Shown here one piece after another: positions 8,901 through 14,605 of a stretch of 18,454 nucleotides of DNA. The notes under the pieces were generated by a model. The model was not told the origin of the DNA and did no database searches. It saw only the letters and a program-made list of their open reading frames with translations. The stretch is from Candidatus Hydrogenedentota bacterium (GTDB lineage Bacteria > Hydrogenedentota > Hydrogenedentia > Hydrogenedentales > SLHB01): the NCBI GenBank assembly GCA_034408725.1, contig JAWXCN010000237.1:1-18454 (forward strand), in the 5' to 3' direction. The translations under genes were made by a program, and so were the position numbers. Numbering within the stretch: position 1 is the stretch's first letter; every line of letters starts with the position of its first letter.

Positions 8901-9455
8901 ATACGGCGCGCGCACGCGCAGGGCGTCGTCGGCAAACAGTGGCCAGAATGTGCGCATTGCTGGATTCGACATTGCGAGGCTCAGGAGCATCATTTCGCGC
9001 GCGGACGCTTCGACGTTGGTCAAATCGTTTTCGCGTGTTTGCAGGAATTGAGCGGGGTCCGCGCCGCCGATTTGTACCTCGACGGGTGGATACAGCGTTA
9101 CAAACGCGGGGGGCGGCTGATCGACAATCGGTTCACCTTCATGCTTTCGTGTCCACTCGAACGCAGAATTCAAAACGCCGGGCAATTGTCGCGCGCAATA
9201 GTAATCGATAAGAAACCGGAGCACTTCCGTGACAATGCCGAGCGTGAGCATTTGGCCCGCGGTCGGCGGTGGCGGCGTTTCATTCGGCGTTATGGGGGCC
9301 TCTTGAATTCGATGGGCAAGCGTGCGCACGCCGCGCGTATCGACTGGTTTGGCGTGATCGTCCTTTGGCACGAGGTCTTGGACCCGATACCGGTCCCACA
9401 CGTCCGCGCGCAAGGCAAACCCGAAGGGAAAATATGTGCTTCGTTGATAGTCCAT
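5958..9455 (-). CDS. Large alpha-amylase family (GH13) protein, ~1165 aa, no signal peptide
   Basis: GH13 conserved regions DMVPNH (I), IRFDAA (II), LAEAFW (III), FMNNPDE (IV), plus TLPGLPMFGHGQ. Start re-called at MDYQRS (ATG 9455) because the longer ORF overlaps the upstream same-strand gene. Confidence 0.88.
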   Translation of the reverse strand: MDYQRSTYFPFGFALRADVWDRYRVQDLVPKDDHAKPVDTRGVRTLAHRIQEAPITPNETPPPPTAGQMLTLGIVTEVLRFLIDYYCARQLPGVLNSAFEWTRKHEGEPIVDQPPPAFVTLYPPVEVQIGGADPAQFLQTRENDLTNVEASAREMMLLSLAMSNPAMRTFWPLFADDALRVRAPYVPLVVNIEQYFNTQPTLDLLDEPLFECLRAPMRAAPDSLEAQLDFIRTKWARILPDSLTIRLLTVQDILGEEYKQRGGFTPGGMVDVLRFGPKQGGTAADAYPEFERFSADADWMSNVVLMAKSVYVWLDQLSKKYQRHIHRLDHIPDEELDQLARWGFNGLWLIGLWERSEASATIKRMMGNPDAVSSAYSLFDYAIAGDLGGDDAYTNLRDRARARGIRLASDMVPNHMGMFSRWVIEHPHWFLSLPHPPYPNYTFNGPNLSHDSRVGLYIEDGYWTQRDAAVVFKRVDHDTGDTRYIYHGNDGTSMPWNDTAQLNYLMPEVREAVIQTILHVARKFPIIRFDAAMTLAKKHFQRLWFPRQGDSGAIPSRAEHGMGREEFDRAMPEEFWREVVDRVAREVPDTLLLAEAFWMMEGYFVRTLGMHRVYNSAFMNMLKMEQNANYRATVRNVLEFSPEILKRFVNFMNNPDERTAVEQFGKGDKYFGACLLMTTLPGLPMFGHGQIEGFTEKYGMEYRRAYWDEHADSDLVQRHEREIFPLVHKRYLFSGVEHFAFYDFHTSSGHVDENVFAYSNRAGSERSLVFYNNAYNTTSGWAKISTGLNTGRGEEGKIISKSLADSLNLRRDDTLYYAFRDHREDLEYIRHSKQLCDDGMFVHLNGYQWHAFIDWREIMDADGSWGALAWGLQGRGVHNLDYEHRDRELSAAIEAFGKYYNAAVLCDLLDESGDTRAEMVSGEALSAALAAILPALKEFAPDAATDRTLGSTYLGQCIKRHDIRATLSQLELDDEQARTFSMLEPWCASFTYWLLAALRASLNSEKADADYPQWLDVLHLSQRVEDTLREVLGDTDKAHNVHTLTRVLLRHARFDTVKGDKAILECVVLRAFDDPEAQAYLRFNEHEGIQYFNREQFENLIEGITEARSILDEKHLKAAIPFSGTPVETDAPLQLDWELLLCAADDAGYRIDLFREQLKNAIDAE

Positions 9456-9537
9456 GAAGGTATTCGACCCGCGGGCTGCGCAGTCGAATGCGTAGCATAC
9501 AGCACGGGCATGTGCGCATGCCAAGCATAACGTTGCG

Positions 9538-10146
9538 TTAGAGCGTCGGCTGGATTGCCCCGCTCCGAAGCGTTTCAGTAGATGCTCGCCGCGTTGCCGG
9601 GTTCTCGGTAAGGGGGAGCCACGCGGGGGCGTGTTTGGTCGTGGACGACGCCCACCATTCGAACTCGGCTTCGGCAAAGGTGGACACATGCACCAGCAAC
9701 GTCGCGGCGTCCCCTTCTACGCGGAACCGCGGGGCGGCGGGACTCAACGTCGCGCTACGGCCTGTTGCGATGTCCGACACCGCAAAGATGACTGGATGCC
9801 AGCCAGCGCCGTCTAGCCACAGGTGAAGGTTGAAATCGTCTCCGGCTTCGCTCTGGCCCGTAGTTTGATTTTTGTCAGCGTCCACAAACCAGATAAAGTC
9901 CAGGCGTTTACCGGGGGACATGTCCTGCGCGATGGGGATGGGGGACGCGGTGCGGACGGAGAAAGCAAAAAAGTCGCCTTCCTGATGGACGGTGGCCTGG
10001 ACTATGTCGAGGTACGCTCGTGTGTTGTCTCCGGAGAGATTGTTGCGCGCGTCGGGAATTGAAAGGATGGGGGCGTCGAGCGCAACGCACCCCGCCAGAA
10101 GTACGATGGCAGGAGTAATGCTGATAGCGATTCTGCGTATTGACAT
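9538..10146 (-). CDS. Predicted lipoprotein, ~202 aa, beta-rich (DOMON/CBM9-like by inference)
   Basis: GGGAGG RBS before ATG 10146. MSIRRIAISITPAIVLLAGC lipobox. LDIV...FIWFVDADKNQTTG...DFNL pattern. Confidence 0.65.
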   Translation of the reverse strand: MSIRRIAISITPAIVLLAGCVALDAPILSIPDARNNLSGDNTRAYLDIVQATVHQEGDFFAFSVRTASPIPIAQDMSPGKRLDFIWFVDADKNQTTGQSEAGDDFNLHLWLDGAGWHPVIFAVSDIATGRSATLSPAAPRFRVEGDAATLLVHVSTFAEAEFEWWASSTTKHAPAWLPLTENPATRRASTETLRSGAIQPTL

Positions 10147-10268
10147 GTTTAGTACGCCTCCCAAATCTCTGTCAACGATAGAGAACATCTGGGTCGTCCG
10201 GGAAATTCGGGCTTCGAGAATATCAGGCCGTTTGCGTGTGTTTTGCATACTAACTGGAGGGTATTTCA

Positions 10269-10466
10269 ATGGGTCTTGTGAAGGCAGCGCGCAAACTTGT
10301 GCCGAAAGTTAAGAATCCGCCGCGCCAGGCGGCGCCCGTTCCCAAGAAAAAGCCGAAGGGTAGCGTGAATAATCCAGAAGACACGCCACAGGAGCCGAAG
10401 GGAATCATCAATAAACGCGCGCTTGCGCGCCAGGTCAACAAGGGACCGAACAAGAACGCCCGATAG
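10269..10466 (+). CDS. Small basic Lys/Pro-rich hypothetical protein, 65 aa
   Basis: GGAGG RBS (10256-10260) 8 nt before the ATG. Fills the gap between the divergent lipoprotein gene and cinA. Confidence 0.6.
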   Translation: MGLVKAARKLVPKVKNPPRQAAPVPKKKPKGSVNNPEDTPQEPKGIINKRALARQVNKGPNKNAR

Positions 10467-10541
10467 GGAAACGCGCCGCAGTTTGGATTGTACCCGGATC
10501 GTTCCGTATGCTCATGCGCAATCCATGGAGTGGTTGCGAGC

Positions 10542-11708
10542 ATGAACGCGGAAATTGTGATGATCGGCACCGAACTGTTGCTCGGCCATCTTGTGGACAG
10601 CAATGCCGCGCACGTCGGCAAGGTCCTCGCTGAAAACGGTATCGGGCTCTACCAAAAAACTACGGTCGGCGACAACCGCGCGCGCATCGCCAAAGTCCTC
10701 GAAGCCGCGCTTGCCCGCGCGGATGTCGTGTTGACTTCCGGCGGCCTCGGACCCACGGAAGATGATCTCACGCGCGAAGCCGTCTCGGATGTTTTTGGGA
10801 AGCCTCTCGAATTCCGACAGGAAGTGTGGGACGATGTCGTCGAGCGCTTTGCATTCATCCGGCGGCCCGTTTCGGAGAACAATAAGAAGCAGGCCCTCGC
10901 GCCGCAAGGCGCAACGATTATCCCGAATCCCAATGGCACCGCCCCGGGCATCCGGTGCGGTGACGACCGCGGGGAAGTTATCTGCATGCCGGGCGTTCCG
11001 CATGAACTATACGCCATGCTCCAAGACAGTGTCATTCCCTACTTACGCGAAAAACACGGCCTCCCGGACGCCATTCATCACCGGGTATTGAAAGTGTGCG
11101 GCGTGGGGGAGTCGTGGGTCGATTCGAAAATGGGAGATCTCATGGCCAGCCTCTCGAACCCGCAGATCGGCGTGCTCGCATCCGCGGAATCGGTGCGCAT
11201 TCGAATTTCTGCGCGCGCAGATACGATCGAGGAAGCCAACCGCATGATCGACGAGGTCGATGCACAAGTTCGCGCGCGGATGCCGGGCCTGGTAATGGGC
11301 GTGAACGACGACACGCTTGAGGGCGTGCTCGACGCGCTGTTCGCAAAGCGCGGGTGGACACTCGGCATATCAGAGACTTTCACCGGCGGCATGATCGCTC
11401 AACGCTTGGTCGCGGCCGGGGCCAAGTTTTTTGCCGGATGCGTCGTCCACGCAGTCGAACGGCGCCCCCAACTGATCGGGAAAGACATGGCCGAAGCGTC
11501 GGCGGTATTCGCTCGCGAGACTTTTGATGCCGAGTGTGGGCTTGGCATGATCACAGATGCAGACTCGAAAACGGTTTACGGCGCATTCATAACCCCCAAT
11601 GGCGACTCGCAGTGGGATATGGGCTACCCAAAACTCGATCCGCTCATGCAAACCCGGGGCGCGGTCCATTGCCTCGAACGCATGCGGCGTCATTTGATGG
11701 GAGTGTGA
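10542..11708 (+). CDS. cinA: CinA-like protein: COG1058/MocF pyrophosphatase domain + KH-like linker + degenerate PncC domain, ~388 aa
   Basis: MNAEIVMIGTELLLG...DSNA, TVGDN, SGGLGPTEDDLTRE, NKKQA, NPNGTAPG, MPGVPHE, GVGES. GGAG upstream of ATG 10542. Confidence 0.92.
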   Translation: MNAEIVMIGTELLLGHLVDSNAAHVGKVLAENGIGLYQKTTVGDNRARIAKVLEAALARADVVLTSGGLGPTEDDLTREAVSDVFGKPLEFRQEVWDDVVERFAFIRRPVSENNKKQALAPQGATIIPNPNGTAPGIRCGDDRGEVICMPGVPHELYAMLQDSVIPYLREKHGLPDAIHHRVLKVCGVGESWVDSKMGDLMASLSNPQIGVLASAESVRIRISARADTIEEANRMIDEVDAQVRARMPGLVMGVNDDTLEGVLDALFAKRGWTLGISETFTGGMIAQRLVAAGAKFFAGCVVHAVERRPQLIGKDMAEASAVFARETFDAECGLGMITDADSKTVYGAFITPNGDSQWDMGYPKLDPLMQTRGAVHCLERMRRHLMGV

Positions 11709-11756
11709 TTTCGTTTCGTCATACGCGGTGTACACCGATCCATGCAGGCTGTTATC

Positions 11757-11854
11757 ATGACCTCGCATGGTCCGGTCTTGTCGAAAGTGCTCAGCAGAGC
11801 CTCTGATAATACCCACGGATTATCTTCGGAGGAGATGAAAGTGCCGAAGTATGA
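11757..11854 (+). pseudogene. Possible internally deleted hicA remnant
   Basis: MTSHGPVLSKVLSRASDN from ATG 11757 resembles, from recall, the N-terminus of HicA-type partners of this HicB class. In another frame, ...FGGDESAEV* overlaps the hicB start like a HicA C-terminus. The GSH core is absent. Confidence 0.4.
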
Positions 11855-12050
11855 GCTGATCATTTATTGGAGCGCTGAGGACGAAGCACTGATCGCCGAG
11901 GTACCTGAACTTCCGGGTTGCATGGCGGATGGTCAGACTTATGAAGAAGTTGTTGCCCGCGTTCAGGTTGTTATCGATGAGTGGATTGCAACTGCGAAGG
12001 AACTCGGCCGGCCCATTCCAGAACCCAAAGGCCGGTTAATTTACGCATGA
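11835..12050 (+). CDS. hicB: HicB-family (UPF0150-type) antitoxin, short form without a DNA-binding domain
   Basis: KYELIIYWSAEDEALIAEVPELPGCMADGQTYEE...WIATAKELGRPIPEPKG. GGAGGAG RBS. Start is ATG 11835 or GTG 11841. Confidence 0.9.
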   Translation: MKVPKYELIIYWSAEDEALIAEVPELPGCMADGQTYEEVVARVQVVIDEWIATAKELGRPIPEPKGRLIYA

Positions 12051-12055
12051 GGCAC

Positions 12056-12095
12056 TGAGTGTTAGTTTGCGAATTAATCTTCCAAGTTACACTCA
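12056..12095. other. Imperfect inverted repeat between convergent genes
   Basis: TGAGTGT (12056-12062) ... ACACTCA (12089-12095). The loop is long, so a terminator role is uncertain. Confidence 0.3.
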
Positions 12096-12105
12096 ATAAC
12101 GGCAT

Positions 12106-12345
12106 TTAGTCATCTTCCAGCCGATCATTTCTCAGCCTATGCAACAGCGGGGCCAAACAAAACCCCGCTACGGCGGAAATCCCCGAAATAAATAGGACGC
12201 GAGGCAGATCATTCTCATCAGGCCAGGAAAAACTCCGGTATCGGATAGGAGACTGATATTCTGCTGTCTGGGCCAAAAAAGCGAAAACAAACAAAAATGC
12301 CGCCCAAACCATACGAATAATGAACATTGATAAATGGTTGTTCAT
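12106..12345 (-). CDS. Small two-helix membrane hypothetical protein, 79 aa, in a low-GC patch
   Basis: Two hydrophobic stretches (MVWAAFLFVFAFLA; VLFISGISAVAGFCLAPLL). Only a weak AGG before the ATG. Confidence 0.45.
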   Translation of the reverse strand: MNNHLSMFIIRMVWAAFLFVFAFLAQTAEYQSPIRYRSFSWPDENDLPRVLFISGISAVAGFCLAPLLHRLRNDRLEDD

Positions 12346-12482
12346 AACCTGGCATTGTTAGTTATTAGCAGGTTGCCACCGGCCCCGAATGAACGTCTTC
12401 TTTGCCTTCATCATACAAAACAATAATGCCGCGGCTCGCCACATGTCCATCCCACGATTGGATTCGGAACTGACTCTCCGTG

Positions 12483-12512
12483 TTGCACCGGCGCGCGAGT
12501 ATCCGCCACAAT
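12483..12512 (+). promoter_or_regulatory. Candidate sigma70 promoter for the sugar ABC genes
   Basis: TTGCAC (12483-12488), 18 bp, CACAAT (12507-12512). GGGAGG RBS and ATG 12540 follow. Confidence 0.4.
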
Positions 12513-12539
12513 GACTCATTCAACGGGAGGAAGCCGAAA

Positions 12540-13562
12540 ATGCGTCCGTTAACTATAGCGATGTGCGCCGTATTTTTGATTTTTGCGGGCTGCGATTCGG
12601 CGCCGCAACCCACTGCGTCTCCGGGCCCATCGGCGCCCGCCCCAGAAAAAACAGCGACCGAGGCCGCACCAGCGCCGCCAGTCAACGAGAACATAACCGT
12701 CGCCTTCGTGACGAATAACAGCTCCGATTTCTGGGCGATAGCAGAGACGGGCACCCGCAAAGCCGAAGAGGAATTGGGTTGCGAAGTGATCTTCAAACGT
12801 CCTGCGACGGCTTCCGCGCAAGAGCAGCAACAGATTATGGAAGACTTGATTGTGAAGGAAGTCTCCGGGATCGCGGTGAGCCCGAATGATCCCCAGAATT
12901 GGACGGAGACCTTAAACGGGATTGCGCGACAGGTGAACCTCATTACACAGGATTCCGACGCACCGGAGAGCAATCGTCTGTGCTACCTCGGGACTAATAA
13001 CTACGACGCAGGCAAAGCCGCCGGCGAGCTCATAAAGAAAGTCCTTCCCGATGGCGGCAAGATCATGCTGTTTGTCGGCCGTATCGACGCGCAGAATGCG
13101 CAAGACCGGCGCAAAGGCATCGAGGACACGCTGACCGGCACGAACATCGCCATTATTGATACGCGCACCGACGAAACAGATCGGGCGAAGGCCATCGCGA
13201 ACGTTCAAGACACACTCGTCTCGAACCCCGACGTTGCGTGCCTCGTCGGGTTGTGGAGCTACAACGGACCCGCGATTCTGAACGGTGTGCGCGACTCAGG
13301 CAAGCTCGGACAAGTCAAGATTGTTGCCTTCGACGAAGAGGAGGAAACGTTGCGGGGTATTGCCGAAGGGCAAATCGAAGGCACGATTGTCCAGCAACCC
13401 TTCGAGTTTGGATATCAATCAGTGCAGTTGCTGGTGAAATTCGCGAAGGGCGACATGTCGGGCATTCCGCCTGATAAACAGATTTTCATTCCCGTGCGCA
13501 CGATCACCAAGAGCGAAGTCGAAGATTTTCGCGCGACCCTTAGCCAGCAGATTGGCCGTTAG
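12540..13562 (+). CDS. Monosaccharide ABC transporter substrate-binding lipoprotein (RbsB/Peripla_BP_4-like), ~340 aa
   Basis: GGGAGG RBS. MRPLTIAMCAVFLIFAGC lipobox and Pro/Ala linker. VAFVTNNSSDFW, GIAVSP, TQDSDAP, YLGTNNYDAG, IVAFDE, QQPFEFGY. Confidence 0.93.
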   Translation: MRPLTIAMCAVFLIFAGCDSAPQPTASPGPSAPAPEKTATEAAPAPPVNENITVAFVTNNSSDFWAIAETGTRKAEEELGCEVIFKRPATASAQEQQQIMEDLIVKEVSGIAVSPNDPQNWTETLNGIARQVNLITQDSDAPESNRLCYLGTNNYDAGKAAGELIKKVLPDGGKIMLFVGRIDAQNAQDRRKGIEDTLTGTNIAIIDTRTDETDRAKAIANVQDTLVSNPDVACLVGLWSYNGPAILNGVRDSGKLGQVKIVAFDEEEETLRGIAEGQIEGTIVQQPFEFGYQSVQLLVKFAKGDMSGIPPDKQIFIPVRTITKSEVEDFRATLSQQIGR

Positions 13563-13568
13563 CGGTCC

Positions 13569-14546
13569 GTGCGAAAGGCTTTGGGTTTAGGGGGACTGCT
13601 TTTCACGCTCATCGCGTTCGCCACGCTATGGGAAGCTACCCACGGTGATGGGCGCATCAGCTTCCTCACGAACGCGAACATCCGCAACTTACTGACCTGG
13701 ATTGGCCTGTTCGGAATATTCAGCCTTGCGCAATCCCTCGTGATCATCACTGGCGGGATCGATTTATCCGTCGGCAGTCTCGCGGCCCTTGTCGGAATTA
13801 GCGCCGCGATAATGCTCGACCAAGGACAGGGCATGCATCCGGCGCTGGTTGTCCCTCTAGCGCTCGGACTCGGAGCGGGCGTGGGCGTATGGCACGGGGT
13901 GCTCGTGTCGAAAGTCCGGTTACAACCATTCATCGTGACGCTCTGCGGACTTTTTCTGTACAGGGGGATTGCGCGCCTGCTGACCGGCGACCAGAGCGAA
14001 GGGTTTGGGTCCACCTACCCAAACCTCCGGTGGTTGGGAAGCGGATTCATTGGCGACACGATTGCCGTCCCCTTTGTAATCCTGTTGGTCCTTGCGCTCG
14101 CAATCGGCGCGCTGCTTCACATGACCCCGTTTGGCCGTCACCTGTTCGCTATCGGGGCGAACGAAGAAGGCGCGCGGTTCAGCGGCATCCGCACCAGCGA
14201 GTTGATCATCACGGCGTACGCGTTGTGCGGATGCATCACCGCGTTGGGCGGCTTATTGCTGGCGTTCAAGGTGAATTCGCTCGGTCCGAGCGAATTTGGC
14301 AATTTTTACGAGTTGTACGCGATCGCCGGCGCGGTGCTTGGGGGGTGCAGCTTGCGCGGTGGATCCGGGACCGTGCTGGGCGTGTTGATAGGCGCGTCGC
14401 TGTTCAATGTATTGAAAAACCTTGTAAACATTTTGGAGATATCAAGCCAGTGGGAGTATGTTGTTATCGGGGTGGCGATACTCATTGGCGTGGGGCTGGA
14501 TGAATACTCGACGCGGCGCGGCGGGTGGGTCAAACGCACCGGGTAA
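13569..14546 (+). CDS. Monosaccharide ABC transporter permease (RbsC/BPD_transp_2-like)
   Basis: VIITGGIDLSVGS, PFIVTL, FGRHLFAIGANEEGARFSGI, YELYAIAGAVLGGCSLRGGSG. Confidence 0.95.
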   Translation: MRKALGLGGLLFTLIAFATLWEATHGDGRISFLTNANIRNLLTWIGLFGIFSLAQSLVIITGGIDLSVGSLAALVGISAAIMLDQGQGMHPALVVPLALGLGAGVGVWHGVLVSKVRLQPFIVTLCGLFLYRGIARLLTGDQSEGFGSTYPNLRWLGSGFIGDTIAVPFVILLVLALAIGALLHMTPFGRHLFAIGANEEGARFSGIRTSELIITAYALCGCITALGGLLLAFKVNSLGPSEFGNFYELYAIAGAVLGGCSLRGGSGTVLGVLIGASLFNVLKNLVNILEISSQWEYVVIGVAILIGVGLDEYSTRRGGWVKRTG

Positions 14547-14605
14547 CAACATAGCGAGGCCAGCCGTGACAGCGCGCGTTTAGCGCATGCCACGAAATAA
14601 AATTT

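Noticed and set aside
9505..9525. Possible sigma54 promoter (TTGGCA...TGC on the minus strand)
   Set aside because: The GG-to-GC spacing is 11 nt rather than the required 10.
9456..9689. 78-aa N-terminal extension of the GH13 ORF
   Set aside because: It is low-complexity Pro/Arg sequence overlapping the lipoprotein gene in another frame. ATG 9455 is more plausible.
10147..10176. Perfect TTGACA on the minus strand upstream of the lipoprotein gene
   Set aside because: The matching -10 position falls on the start codon, downstream of the RBS, so it is not a workable promoter for this gene.
12050..12375. Possible integron cassette/attC around the small low-GC ORF
   Set aside because: GTTAG-like words are present, but there is no properly paired RYYYAAC...GTTRRRY structure and no integrase.
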